From: Chara braunii | Taxonomy: Eukaryota > Plantae > Charophyceae | NCBI GenBank assembly: GCA_003427395.1 | Contig: BFEA01000015.1 | Coordinates: 6,571,859 to 6,635,300, forward strand | Reading direction: 5' to 3' | DNA: 63,442 nt | In this document: positions 27,200 through 39,400 of the stretch, piece by piece | Position numbering within the stretch: position 1 is the first letter of the stretch | Layout of the letters: each line of letters starts with the position of its first letter | Notes under the pieces: model-generated | The model's input: the letters and a program-made list of their open reading frames with translations, nothing else | The model's database searches: none | What the model was told of the DNA's origin: nothing | Made by a program: the position numbers and the translations under genes

Positions 27200-27605
27200 G
27201 TATGGGCATCGGTTCCCGTTTTTTTCTTTCTTTTCCTTGTGAAGGGTGATGGCAACAATTCAGAAATATTTGCTTTTACCGAACTCCGGACCTCAGACTC
27301 TGCACCTCCTGGGTCCATCCGGACTTCCAGAAAACCGGAATATTCCGGAATATTTGGACCAGTCCGGATGCCGCCGCCTCCTTTTCCTCGTACCTCCATC
27401 TCTTGTCTGTCCCGTTGTCCTCCTCTGCCACCGCCTCCTTTTCCTGAAATTGGGTACGTGCTTTGAAGCCATCGCAACCGACGTTGTTTGTTTAATGCAC
27501 CGAGTGGTTTGTGTGGTGTTTTCTCAGGGGACTCAGGGAGGGAAAAAAAGAAAGCACCCTATGGTTTGTGTCTAACACCCTGTGGTGTGCAATGTTATGA
27601 AACAG

Positions 27606-30600
27606 GCAAGGATGCTTGACAACGAGTACAGGAACTTTCTGCAAGAGCTCGGTGCTAGCGCCATGCCCCCTACGATGGTGCCTATTGGTCCCATTCCAGG
27701 GCCTTTCCCATCGCCGCTTGGTCTGAACGGTCCGAACATGTTTCCAGGTGCCATGCCTGTTATGCCAGGTCATTATATGTTTCCAGGTGCATTTCCTCCT
27801 GTGGCTGGGAATCCCGAAGCATTCTCTCTTCCACCAGAGCCCGGTGTGCCGGGGCTATCGGCTGAGCCAGGGGTTCCAGGATTGAGCAGCCCTCCGCCCG
27901 CGAACGCTGGAGGCGGTCATGGTCAACTGAGTGCGGGTGGAAACAATGTGTTGGGGGGATCCGAGAACGCAGACGAGAAGGGGAAGCCAATGCCGCCCGC
28001 TTGGGCTCTGGCAGTGGCACGTGCTATCACCAAGGGAGCTGCAGCAGTGGAGGCGGCCTCGGAAGAGGAGATCGCTAAGTATGCAGATCATATTGACAGT
28101 CCAGCAGCAGCAGCATTGAAGGCGGCAAGGTCAGGGGTTGCTCCACAGGTGGTAAATGGGGTAGTTCCGGCAGGGGGAGCAGTTGCGGCAGGTTTCCCGG
28201 GGGAGATGGTTTCTTCCGGTTTTGCGGGACCCGTAGCCCCAGCCGGTTTCGCAGGGGGTGCTGTTGTCGGCAGCGTCAATGGAGGAATGGGCCCAGTTGG
28301 TTTTCCTCCTGGGCCTATGCACTCGATGGGACCTGGGCAGGTTCCTCTGCAAAATATGGGACCTGGGCAGGGGCTCATCATGCCTATGGATGGCTCTGTT
28401 CCAATGGGTTTTCAGCCTATGGGCCCAATGGGTGGAGAGATGGCCTTCTGGGCTCCAAATGGAGGGGTAGAGAACGTTGCAATCGATCCAAACACAGGAA
28501 TGATGGTGAATGTAGGTGCGCAGATGAGTGCCACTGATGGCAGCTTCTTCTCTGGGCCATATATGATGGATGGCTACGGCGTTGTCCAAGGGCCCATGCC
28601 TGGGGTCATGATGCCTCAGATGATGACAATGAATCCAGGTCAACAGCAGCAGATGATTCCTCAGTCACAACAGCAACCACAGCAGCACCTGCAGCAGGTT
28701 CTGTATGGCCAGTTTCCGCAGCCGGGACAGGATCCAAATCAAGGTCAGTTCATCCAATACCCTCAACAAGCAGCTGAACAACAGCATCCCCAGTATGTCC
28801 AATACCCCCAGCAGGTTGTTGATCAACAGCAGTTCGTGCCATTCCAGGGTCAGGTGGCCCCCACGGGTCCCGAGCTTCAAAACCCAACAATGCCAATGCC
28901 ACATTCTGCAAATCAAATGCAATGGCAAGGACAACCACAAGTTCAAGGGGGGGCAATGGAGCCAGTGCCAATGATGTCAAATCCACAGGCTGCAATGGCG
29001 CCGATGATGCCGCAGGGTCAGATGCTTCAACCATCTGGTGCACCCCCTGTGGGATGGTCCCAAAGGGAGCAAACAATTGCAGCTCCGAACCCCTGGCCAA
29101 ATCAAGCCTCAGGACCCCCACAGCCTCAGATTCAGCTCCCAATGCAAGCTGTTCAACCCGGTCAAGTCCCAGTCCAAGGTGCACCGCTTCAGCAACCTCT
29201 TCAACCTGGACAAGTCCCAGTGCAAGCGGCACCACACCAGCCCCCACCAGCAGTTTCTGGTCAGGTTATGGCGCCAATGATGGTTGGAGGTACCCAAGGG
29301 CCCCCTGCTGCTCAAGGAAGTGCTCCCATTATGATGGCACCACCTTTGCCAATGGGTCCCTCTCCTGGAGGTATGCAAGTGGCTTCTGTGGCCGGGCCAC
29401 CGCCCCCTACATCTGCTCCACCAGGACCTTCACCAGCGCCGCCTTTACAAATGCAACCTGGGCAGATGGGGATGCAGGCTCCCATGCAACAGGGACCACC
29501 TGCGGGCAGTGTTATGACAACACCGTCCTTCGAGAATCCGGGGGCTGTTCCAGTTGCTATGTCAACACCACAACCACCGCCAGGACTTCCTCCAGGATCG
29601 TCAGGCGGGCGGATGCCCGCGCAAACTTCTCAAGGACCACTGCCAGGAACTTTATCTGGACCACCTCCAGCAGTTCCCCAAAATGGGACGCCTGCAGGGT
29701 TGGGAGGTCCATCGATAACAGGTCTTGTAAGTGGAATGGTTTCTGGTGCTCCCACGGGAACAAGCCTCCCAGGCTCCTCTGACCTGCCAGCTGTTCCATC
29801 TGGAGGAACGGCACCTGCACCACAGACAACCATGCAAGCAGGTAAAGCACCAAGTCAGTTTCCAGGGCAATCCGGTGGACTGCATCCCCAGTTCAATCCA
29901 AATTTCCCTGGAGGACCAAGACCGCCTGGGCCCCAAGGTGACACACAAGCTGTAGCACCAATGGGGCATGGACCAGCAGGTCCTGGACCACTTGCAGGGG
30001 CATTCGGAGGTCCACCTGTGGGGTTTTCGGGGGGTCCGCAAGGAGGACCCCCCAAAGGAAATGACCCCAGTGGACAGGACCTGCGACAGGCGGGTTTCAT
30101 GGACTACCACCCTCATATGCCAGCTCATGGATTAGTTCCAGGGCAGCCAGGAGGGCAACTGTTGACAGGCAGGGCACAGCCAGGACAAGGGGGTGGCCAA
30201 CCAGGAGGGCAAGCAGGCATACAGCCAAGAGGACACTTATCTCAAGCAGGGGAGCAACAAGGGTCTGATGCAGGAGCATCGCAGGGTGGGGGGTTCACTG
30301 GAGAACCTCCAGGAGGTTTCCATGGTGGATTGGTCCCAAGGATGCCTGAAGGCACCCCGCCGCTCAACATTCCTAGGGGTCCAGGAGGGGCTCCGGTTAA
30401 CCCTCCTGGCGGTTCTTTGCCTGGGGCCATGGGTGGTCCTCCAGGTGCTATGAGAGGTCCTTTGCCTGGTGGTATGAGAGGACCTTCCCCTGGGGATATG
30501 GCAGGTCCTTCTGGTGGCATGGGAGGTCCTTCTTCCGGGGGTATGGGAGGTCCGCCTTCTGGGAATATGGGAGGTCCTTCTGGTATGGGAGGTCCTCCTG

Positions 30601-33329
30601 CTCCAGGGGGCATTGTAGGTCATTCTCCTGGGGGTATGGGAGGTCCTTCCCCTGCAGGGGGCATGGTAGGTCATTCTTCAGGGGGTATGGGAGGGCCCTC
30701 CCCAGGTTTCATGCAAGCAGGTCCTCGAGGGGGAATGGCTGGTGGGCATCCTAGGGGGCTGATGGGTGCGCCACCAGGGGGAATGTCAGGAGGTGCGCCT
30801 AGAGGCCCAATGCCTGGGTCGACAGGTAATCCGCCAGAGGGACCCATCTCTGGCCAGGCACCAGGCCAAAGGGCAATGTCACCAAGTCGGCATCACTCAG
30901 GTGGCCACATGGGTGTTGGTCAGGTTCTTGCAGGTCCTGCAGGAAAGCTACAAAGTGGAGCAGTGCCTCCTGCATTCGGCGTGCAGGGGGAGTGGCCCCG
31001 TATGCAACCACATCCACCCGTGGCTGATGTCAGACCGCCTCCACAGTTCCAGCATCCATCAGCCACGGAGTTGGATGGGCCTCAGGCTATGAATCAAGGA
31101 GCACCGATGCAGCGAATGACAAACCAATCAGGAGCTCGGCCTGTGCATCCACCGGATACGCAGTTGGGCCCAGGTGCACCCAGGCTGAACATGTGGTCAG
31201 GCCCTTCTGTCAGACCAGGAGTTCATTCCCCAGGCCAAGGGTCTGGACCGGGGGCACAATCTGGCCCAATGTCTGTATTTAGGGAGCAGCATGGCGCTAC
31301 ACCCGGAGGGGCCTTGCCTTCTATGCTGGGGGGAATGGGACTTGGAACCAGCAATGACTTGAAGGCGGAGACGCAGGGGCGACCTGGCCAGATGCATGCT
31401 GGAGGACTCGGTGAAACATCGAAGCCCCACAGTATGGAGCAGGAAGGACCTGAGGGTGCAACATATGGGAGTGGGATGCACGTTGGTGTGTTGTCAGGAG
31501 CACCACGAGGGCCGTTGGGTAGCCTGCAAAGTGGTCCTGGCGGGCTACATGGTCGTCGATCCCCTGGGTTGCAGGGTGGCATGATGACTGCCATGGGCAG
31601 TGTGAATCATGGGATGTCCTCTGACATGCAGGATGCTCTGTCATCCGCAATGGAGGGGGGACGGCAAGTCGCTATGCCAGGTGGAGCATCAGATGGCCGG
31701 CAAGCAGGTCTCCTACCTGGGCACCCCAATGCACATCAAGCGGCAAAGCAAGGAGGGTCCCCAGTTGTTTTGCAAGGTAGACAGTCAGGAATTTTGCCAG
31801 GTGGCCCAGCTTCTGGACCTGGATCTGGTCCATGGCATGGCCCAGCGGTAGGTGCTCAGGGTGTTCCTGGCTCCTTGCCTGGGCGCGGACCTTCTTCACA
31901 CTCAGGTCCTGGTGGCGACTTAAGAGATTCGACGTCTTCTGGCATTCTACGCACACCATCTGGGCCAATGGCTGCTTTGCCACGTGGACGTACTTCTGGG
32001 CTGCCACCTCAAATGCCCTCTGCCCAAACTCCGCCACTACTCTCTAGCCCTTCGATCGGTCCCAGGTCAGGCCAGATGCAAGATCCTCGCGGACTGCCTT
32101 CGGGCTTGTTTGATTCAAATGATGGTGCAGCCAGTCATCCTCAGAGGTTTGGAGACATGGGCCCGTCTCCTCACTCGCCTTATGGACAAGGTCTTGGCCG
32201 TCCGAGGAGTCCCGAACGGCTAGGATATCCCCAAAGAAACATGTCGCCGCCGCCACCAGCGCAAGCAAACTGGCGATACCGCAATCACCCAAGCAACGCT
32301 CCTCTCTCCCCGCGGGATTTGCAGCGCCGATCTCCACCGTCTGACCGGTCACCCCCAACATCGTTTGGTGGACACAGTTCTGCTTCTTGCTTTCCGTCCC
32401 ACGGCCGCCCACGAACACCTCCATATAACAGATCTCCTCCAGGCAGTCCCTCGTACTTCGCCATACACTCCCAGCGTCAGTCGTTCTCCCCTCCGCGGCT
32501 TCAAGCAGCAAGTCAACAAGGGCAGGGCAAGTTTGGCATCCTTGGGAATGCAGTAAGGCATCATGGGGAGTCGCCCCCCAGGTCTCCAGAGAGGGGTCAT
32601 TTTTCTGCTCATGCAAGACAGCAGGTGCCGGGGCACCAGATGCCGAGTCCACCGCCAATGGCACACATAAGATTTTTGTCACGAGGTGGGTCCATCCATC
32701 TTGCAGACGAACCAGGTTTGACCGATGGCAGCGCTGGTGGTTCAAGGTACGACATGCCACGGCCAGGAGAATCTGGACTTATCCGTTCTCAATCCCCCAC
32801 GGGATCAGCATATGAATCACTTGTTCGCGCACGGTTTGCACGCTCTCTGCAGGGCGGAGCAGGTCCAAACGGGCCTGCACGCCCCATCAGTCCAGATCTG
32901 CCTTCTGGCAGCAGCATGCAATCACGACAAGGTATGTCACTGCCACCAAGCAGTGGCCCGATTCTGCATTTAACAGGCCCCGGAGCAGGAGGGGGTGGCA
33001 GTGCCGGTCCTCATGGAGGCTTGATTCGCAGGGATGGGTTTGATGTGCACATAGGGCAGACACACTCGGCAGGGATGTTGACCTCGAGAGACCCATTCCC
33101 TGTGGATGCCAGGCGAGCAAATACGATGGAGCGGGAGGAGTGGGGACGATCTCTGCCACACCTGTCCAGGGGAAGTTATGCTGCCATGCACCCTGGCTCA
33201 TTACCGCCGGCTTCTGGTATGCAAAACAGGCCAGGTGCGTATGCGAAACAGGACACTGGAGCTGCTCAAGCAGGAAACACCTCAGACTCCGAGTACGATC
33301 GGCTAATGGCTGCTGTTGGGGTTACATGA
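27606..33329 (+). CDS. SF1: SF1/BBP-like gene, giant terminal exon (~1,907 codons, Pro/Gly/Gln/Met-rich low-complexity domain)
   Basis: Branch-point-like tctaac at 27571, then aacag|GCA. Begins ARMLDNEYRNFLQELG, matching the SF1 'MDDEYQNFLAELG' motif. Uninterrupted 5.7-kb ORF ending DSEYDRLMAAVGVT*, which resembles the plant SF1 C-terminal EY..M motif. The ORF-track start at 27582 is intronic. Confidence 0.88.
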   Translation, partial: ARMLDNEYRNFLQELGASAMPPTMVPIGPIPGPFPSPLGLNGPNMFPGAMPVMPGHYMFPGAFPPVAGNPEAFSLPPEPGVPGLSAEPGVPGLSSPPPANAGGGHGQLSAGGNNVLGGSENADEKGKPMPPAWALAVARAITKGAAAVEAASEEEIAKYADHIDSPAAAALKAARSGVAPQVVNGVVPAGGAVAAGFPGEMVSSGFAGPVAPAGFAGGAVVGSVNGGMGPVGFPPGPMHSMGPGQVPLQNMGPGQGLIMPMDGSVPMGFQPMGPMGGEMAFWAPNGGVENVAIDPNTGMMVNVGAQMSATDGSFFSGPYMMDGYGVVQGPMPGVMMPQMMTMNPGQQQQMIPQSQQQPQQHLQQVLYGQFPQPGQDPNQGQFIQYPQQAAEQQHPQYVQYPQQVVDQQQFVPFQGQVAPTGPELQNPTMPMPHSANQMQWQGQPQVQGGAMEPVPMMSNPQAAMAPMMPQGQMLQPSGAPPVGWSQREQTIAAPNPWPNQASGPPQPQIQLPMQAVQPGQVPVQGAPLQQPLQPGQVPVQAAPHQPPPAVSGQVMAPMMVGGTQGPPAAQGSAPIMMAPPLPMGPSPGGMQVASVAGPPPPTSAPPGPSPAPPLQMQPGQMGMQAPMQQGPPAGSVMTTPSFENPGAVPVAMSTPQPPPGLPPGSSGGRMPAQTSQGPLPGTLSGPPPAVPQNGTPAGLGGPSITGLVSGMVSGAPTGTSLPGSSDLPAVPSGGTAPAPQTTMQAGKAPSQFPGQSGGLHPQFNPNFPGGPRPPGPQGDTQAVAPMGHGPAGPGPLAGAFGGPPVGFSGGPQGGPPKGNDPSGQDLRQAGFMDYHPHMPAHGLVPGQPGGQLLTGRAQPGQGGGQPGGQAGIQPRGHLSQAGEQQGSDAGASQGGGFTGEPPGGFHGGLVPRMPEGTPPLNIPRGPGGAPVNPPGGSLPGAMGGPPGAMRGPLPGGMRGPSPGDMAGPSGGMGGPSSGGMGGPPSGNMGGPSGMGGPPAPGGIVGHSPGGMGGPSPAGGMVGHSSGGMGGPSPGFMQAGPRGGMAGGHPRGLMGAPPGGMSGGAPRGPMPGSTGNPPEGPISGQAPGQRAMSPSRHHSGGHMGVGQVLAGPAGKLQSGAVPPAFGVQGEWPRMQPHPPVADVRPPPQFQHPSATELDGPQAMNQGAPMQRMTNQSGARPVHPPDTQLGPGAPRLNMWSGPSVRPGVHSPGQGSGPGAQSGPMSVFREQHGATPGGALPSMLGGMGLGTSNDLKAETQGRPGQMHAGGLGETSKPHSMEQEGPEGATYGSGMHVGVLSGAPRGPLGSLQSGPGGLHGRRSPGLQGGMMTAMGSVNHGMSSDMQDALSSAMEGGRQVAMPGGASDGRQAGLLPGHPNAHQAAKQGGSPVVLQGRQSGILPGGPASGPGSGPWHGPAVGAQGVPGSLPGRGPSSHSGPGGDLRDSTSSGILRTPSGPMAALPRGRTSGLPPQMPSAQTPPLLSSPSIGPRSGQMQDPRGLPSGLFDSNDGAASHPQRFGDMGPSPHSPYGQGLGRPRSPERLGYPQRNMSPPPPAQANWRYRNHPSNAPLSPRDLQRRSPPSDRSPPTSFGGHSSASCFPSHGRPRTPPYNRSPPGSPSYFAIHSQRQSFSPPRLQAASQQGQGKFGILGNAVRHHGESPPRSPERGHFSAHARQQVPGHQMPSPPPMAHIRFLSRGGSIHLADEPGLTDGSAGGSRYDMPRPGESGLIRSQSPTGSAYESLVRARFARSLQGGAGPNGPARPISPDLPSGSSMQSRQGMSLPPSSGPILHLTGPGAGGGGSAGPHGGLIRRDGFDVHIGQTHSAGMLTSRDPFPVDARRANTMEREEWGRSLPHLSRGSYAAMHPGSLPPASGMQNRPGAYAKQDTGAAQAGNTSDSEYDRLMAAVGVT

Positions 33330-36300
33330 CTTGGTGCAGCTCTCTGCAAGCATCTTATTGCACACGCCTCCAGCACGATGACAGGGTATGATTGCTGCAA
33401 CAAATAGTAGAAGTCCATGTGTTTTGCCAGTTTTCAGCTCTGGAAGCTGGACTAGTGCATACTTTTCACCAACGGACAGAAGGACAGAAAAGACATGTAT
33501 GCTGCTCTGTTATTGTGAGAATGGGTAGGAAACCCTCCCTCGTGTTTGCTCTTGCATTTTGAGTTGTGGAATATGTAGTGTAGGCATCCAGTCGATAGAA
33601 AGTCGGCGCCGATGTGGATCCAACGGCTGAACGCCTCGTCAGGCCATCTTGAAGGACTATCTGGTTGTTCCCCAGAGCTCAGTGGGTTTGTTGGAAGCCT
33701 TTAGGGGGCCCTCACACTAGAACTTTCTCGGACGCATGCGACTGCGTTTGCGTCAAGATTCCTTTGAGAACGTTGTGGTGTGAGTATGCTCTTATAGCTA
33801 ATGGGGGGCCATCACTCGTGGACGTGTGTGATCGAATCTGTTTCCATTTTCGTCATCATTTTCATGTTTTGCATCTCGGCTGTTATCCTTGGGGAGTGTG
33901 AGATGGCGTGCCTCTATTTCAGGTTGTCCCTTTCTGAGACAGACCCGACCAACCGAGCGCTGATGGATTCATACTGCTTGTGAGAGAGAATAGAGAGGGC
34001 AATCGACTCAGAGTGATGATTGTGATGTTCAGCCGGATTGGTGACGATTGGTGGTGAGGTAAGTGGTGAGGATTGGCGATGACAGTGGTGGTGAGGTAAG
34101 TGGTGAGGATTGGGGATGACAGTGATGGTAATGGCGGCGATCGTCCGGTAGGTTGTTTGTTTACGGAAAGTAGTGATGATAACTTTTATTTACGTCTTTT
34201 TGTCGAAGCGACCGTATGCGCCCCTAGTCCATCTTCCTGGTGAAATGGCCATAGCAAGGAGACGGTGTTTTCCGAAAGGCTTTCTGAGCTTTTGCTCTGC
34301 CCGCCATGTACATGACATTTGGGATTCACACCTGCTGCCTCATTTGCCCGACTCGTGGTCACATTTTCCTTTTCCCGCTTTCCATTTTTCCTTTTCTCCT
34401 TTTTCCCTTTTTCGGAAGTTTTTCCTGCTTTCTTCCCTCTTCTCACTGGTCATAGGGCCTTGATCCGCTACGCCACATTCAACAGGTATCAGGACTGCGA
34501 TATGGACCGTATACATTCGGAGCGATCGAGCGTTCTGATTGTACTAGGCCCAGTACCAGGTCTGCATACGTGTAGAATGGTGTGCAGTGGATATATCCGT
34601 TTTGTTGTTCCAGATGTCGGGATCTTTTTTTATGGTTTTTCTCTTTTACATGCGTTTACCCTTTTCTTCTCCTTGTTGAGCCAGGAGGAGGTTTCACCCT
34701 CTCTTTCTTTCCTTTCCTGGGTTTCCCCAGGCAACTTAATTTGCTTCTTGTCATTTTTCAAAGTAACGTACTTTTCAATCTTGAATTTCTTTCTTTCTTT
34801 CCGTTCTTTGAGTTTTTACTCCTTTTTTTTCCTTCAAATCGTACTCGCTGCTTTGTTTTTCTCCAGGTAACTTGGCAGTTGTTTCGCTTTTCTTCTTTGC
34901 TTTTTCTTTCTTTTTATCTTTATCTCCAGGTTTCTACTTCCGTCGTCCTCTTACTCATTTGCTCTTTCATTTTTTGTTCCTCCTCCTCCGGGCAAAAGCT
35001 TAATGTTTTCCCCTTTTCTTCTAGGCTCTAGATTTTGTCTTTCTTTTGTTTTCTTTGTTTCCTTATCCAGGCCATTTAGCTTCTTCTTCTTTTTTTTCTT
35101 TTTCTTTTTTTTTTTCTTTTTTTTTTTAAATGGAAGTAATTTACATTCTTCTCTCGATTTCACCTCACACTACCTACCTACCAATTAGCTTTTTCACTCT
35201 TCTGTGCCCTTTTTGTTGGTGCGGTGCCAAGGTGCCAAACTCATCTTTTTTCCTCTGCTCATCTGCTCAGCGCTGCAAAGGATGGAACCGGCAATCGCGG
35301 GCACGTGCGCCTTACCACACTGTTTGTGGCTGCTGTTCACGCAGAGCCTCTCCTCAGTTACTGCATGTGCATTGACGAACAGGCAGAGCTTCAATTCGTT
35401 GGAGTGTTGTCGGGTAGTACCTGCAAGCTAGATCAATGGTGAAGGCAACGCACTAACCAACAGGCGGAGAATTAAAGGCATGCATTGGAGGATNGGGNGG
35501 GNGGGGGNGGGGGGGGGGGGGGGGGGGGTTGGCCCCGGGTCGCGTGCTTCCCAAAGCCACATGATGCATAGCTGGTGAGAAATGAGGTAATGTGTTTGAA
35601 CGCTGAATCTTCATGTATTCAAGTATGTCAATTAATGTCCGTCTCGCATTCTCTTCGTTTTCTGTAAATGCTGATGAATGAACTGTGGCACCCACATTGC
35701 ATCAACACAAACAGCGACCGAGGATCTAAACATGAGAGCATTATACCTATTATCATACCATGTTGTCGTGCCATATTATTGTGCTATATCTTATCGTGCT
35801 ATATACTAGTGTATAGTCAATATGGGTGACATGGCATTGGGGGGGTGTCGGCGGAGGGGGGGCGTGGGAAACAGTTTGGCGCGACGAGGAGGGGTGGCCC
35901 TGTTTCTACTGTCCATACTGTTTTGCTAGTTTCTTATGGTAAAGATCCGGAAAATTTGTTTAGCATGCGTGTTTTCTCTCATTTGTGAAAAAAAAGTTGA
36001 AGTACCAAGCCCAGATCACTGAATGGTACGCATGTGTTGACTGTTAAAGAAGCGAACTGATCTCTAGTTGTTTTTGGATGAATTTAAAAAAAGATAAATC
36101 TGTGTGGAGTGGAGAGGCTAAAACTTTGTTACAAAATGGCTCTCCATTTGCCCTTGAATAAAGGGATGTGTCATTATATGGGTGCTACATGTTAGGGGTC
36201 AATATAGGGATGCAACGAATATATGGTACAGTTTCCAGGCCAGTTGCTATGAATATAGCGGACGTGGTCTCTATTTGGAAATCGTTCAAGCACGACGTAC

Positions 36301-36504
36301 CTTGAGATCGTGAATGCATACGGACTGTGTTTGAGGGAATACAGTGACTCCCAAGGCCTCGTGTCCCTAAGGAAGAGCGAAGGGTCCATATGCCAGCATA
36401 TGCCAGCAAGAGGTGTGATGGATGAACGAGGGAGTTGGAAAGGCATGTCTTTCCTTTCTTGTTTCTTTTTTTTTTCTTTTTTTTTTTCTTTTTTTTTCCC
36501 TACG

Positions 36505-37582
36505 TTACTAGATCGGACGTCCAGGAACCCCCTGACCGTCTGGGACGGTCCGATCGGACAACCGGTCGGCCGTCCGCCCGGGGTCCCAAGTCCGATGGTA
36601 AAAAGAATTAAGGGGGGAGGGTAGGAAGGGAACTTGGGCAGCACAGGGCTGGGCTGTGGGCACAGGCGAAGCGGGGGGGCGGGCGGGATAATTTCTTGGA
36701 GGCCGATAGGGCCTCCGGATTCGGAAAAGTAAATGGCCCAATCTGGGCTGTCAGATCTGCGAGATCGATGGCCCAGATTGGGCCATTTTGAAATTCGAAT
36801 GTGGGGGCCTGGGCAGCCTCCCACAAGCGCATCCTGTCCACCGCAACCCCACTCGCCATCGCCTCCGACTTCCAAGTTTGCCACCTCCTCCTCCTCCTCT
36901 TCCTTGTTTTCTCCCTTTCGCACTTCAGTCTCCTCCTCATCTTCTTCTTCCTCCTCCGTTTGTTCCTCCTGCTCCTTTTCCTCATCCTCCTACTCCTCCT
37001 CCTCCTCCTCCTCGACGTCTTCGTCATCCTTCTCCTCCTCACGCTCCTCCCTGTGCTCGTCATCCTCATCTTCCTCCTCCTCCTCCTCCTCCTCCTCGTC
37101 CTCTTCCTCCTCCTCCACCTCCACCTTATCCACCTCCTCCGTCGCCGTGCCCTCCTCCACCCCCTCCTCCACCTCCTCCACCTCTTCCGTCGCCGTGCCC
37201 TCCTCCTCACCCCCTCCACCTCCTCTTCTTCTTCCTCGTCCTCCATCACCGCAGCCCCCTCTTCTTCTTCTTCCTCCTCGTCCTCCTCCTCCCTCTTTTC
37301 GTCATCGTCCATCGCTTTGGCCGCCGCCTCCTCTTCTTCTTCCACCTCCTCATCCTCCATCGCCTCGTCCTCCATTGCCGCAGCCTCCATCGTTGCGGAC
37401 TCGTCCTCGTCCTCATCGGTATGCCAGCTCCTCCCTTCATCGCCTCAGCCTCCTCTTCCTCCTCCTCCCCCTCCTCCATCGTCGCTACCTTCTCCTCGAC
37501 CTCCTTCTGGACCAATTGACCAATCAATAGATCAATCAATCAATCAATCAAATCAAATATCAAGATCGATCTTTATATTTGA

Positions 37583-37613
<31 letters not shown>

Positions 37614-37907
37614 CAAACCTCCCTACCAATCCACCCCTTCCACACACACACACACACACCCCTAAAGACTGTTTCACTGTTTATGATTTTTTTTGCGTTT
37701 TTGCTCAGAACAGACTGAATTTTTTTTGCGGGGTCCCCTAGCGATGCGCAGACCCTCCTCCCCCTTCTTTTTTTTATTTTTGTTCTTTTTTTTGTTTGTT
37801 TGTTTTTGGCAAAAACGCTGTTGTCCAGGATACCGGACAACTCCCCCCTGACAATCTCCCGGAGACGTCCGGGGGAGACATCTCCCCATCGGACAGCTGG
37901 CAGCCTA
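36505..37907. mobile_element. non-autonomous element carrying a (CCT)n core
   Basis: ggccc.atctggg...atggcccagat.gggcca.ttt.gaa.tt.gaa followed by a CCT-rich tract is shared with 62765-63442. The right end ctggcagcctag resembles the CTAG family. Confidence 0.5.
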
Positions 37908-38043
37908 GTTTTTTTTTTTTTTTTTCCTTTTTTTTTTTTTTAAGCTATCGTATAGTCACAAATAAATTGAAGTAATGCCATTAGGCTTTCTCTGAAATTT
38001 TCTTTTGTTTTCACAAACCAAAAACAAAAAGGACCAACGATCC

Positions 38044-38130
38044 GAGCTCAGTTGGTACACCCATGAGCTGCTGAACAGCTCAGTTGGTACACCCATGAGC
38101 TGCTGAACAGACCGAGTTCAAATCCTGTGC
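38044..38130 (+). mobile_element. tRNA-like/SINE head with duplicated A-box segment
   Basis: AGCTCAGTTGGTACACCCATGAGCTGCTGAAC occurs twice, followed by GAGTTCAAATCC. A second GAGTTCAAATCC lies near 38305. Confidence 0.5.
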
Positions 38131-39400
38131 AATGATGTAATTCTGAATTACCTGGTGGCCGGTCAGCTTGACGATGGTCCGTAAAGGCCATCACCCTTCT
38201 GAGAGGAGGAAAAGAAAGTAGACCATCAGGCTGTATAGAATTAAGTACGAGCAGCTCAGGCCATGTCCCTGAATGGCACATGTAATTATTAGCAGACAGT
38301 GCATGAGTTCAAATCCCGAAGGCATCAGATGAACAGGATAAAATTGTAGGTCTGAGAGAAAAAACACTTGCATATTGCGTTGCCCTGTGCTTGGCTATAC
38401 CCTTCCCTACCCTGGTGATATCCTACCTGTGGGAGGCTATACTTTCCTATGCTATAGTCTCTGAGCTCTAGGGTATACCCTTCTATACTTTCCTATGCTA
38501 TAGCCTCTGAGCTCTAGGGTATACCCTTCCCTTCCGTACGGTGTACCTACGTGCCCTAAGCTACACGTCCCTATGATAGACCCCTCCCTACTCTTGGACA
38601 TACCCTTCCCTTCCCTATGTTATAGCTTGCCCTACCCTAGGCTATACCCTTCCCTTACCCTAATATAACAAAACCAATTTCTTTATGGTTAACCTTTTAC
38701 TGGGCAGTTCTGTTTGTGACGATATATATAATAACACTGACCACCAGTCTTTTACCAAAGAGAAAAGAACAGTTTCGTTATTAATCGTTAAAATTATGCT
38801 ACGCCCACTGGTTCGTGACTGTTTTTCATTTTGAATATAATCCATCAATCAGGTAATGTAATAAACTCCGACGAAACAGTTTGTCACAGCCCCTCGTCCT
38901 CTTCTCCCTCTCTGCCTACTGTTTACCGGGCAGTTCTATTTGACGATATATATATATATACGAAACAGTTTGTCACAGCCCCTCGTTTGTTGTCCTCTTC
39001 TCTCTCTCTGCCTACGGTTTACCGGGCAGTTCTGTTTGCGACGATATATATATGTGACGATATATTACACTGACCACCAGTCTTTCACCAAAGAGCAAAG
39101 AACAGTTTCGTTATTAATTGTTAAAATTATGGACCACCAGTTATTAAAAATGAGGAGAGAGGGGAGGAGGGGGGGGGGGGGGGAGGGGAGGACTAGTTTT
39201 TTCTCTCTCTTTTTCTTTTTTGGGCTTATGGACCACCAGTTCAACATTGCTAGTGTCTAGGCACTGATAAACAAGGGACATTGGAAAATTATGTTCTTTT
39301 GATTATCAGGGAATATAGCCAAGGGGAATACCATCAGGGTGATCACTCACAGGGCGTCCGTTTTTGGCCATCGGGGGGAGTGGTGGGATTAGTCCCAGCA

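Noticed and set aside
27528-27563. Possible extra SF1 micro-exon GTQGGKKRKHPM
   Set aside because: It would require a 42-nt downstream intron with a weak donor, and read-through meets a stop. Unsupported without transcripts.
27760-33391. Many overlapping and antisense ORFs inside the large SF1 exon
   Set aside because: Shadow frames of a GC-rich low-complexity coding sequence.
38380-38665. CRISPR-like or telomeric reading of the short degenerate repeats (ccctt/ctatac units)
   Set aside because: Irregular minisatellite without unique spacers or a clean TTTAGGG array, in a eukaryotic context.
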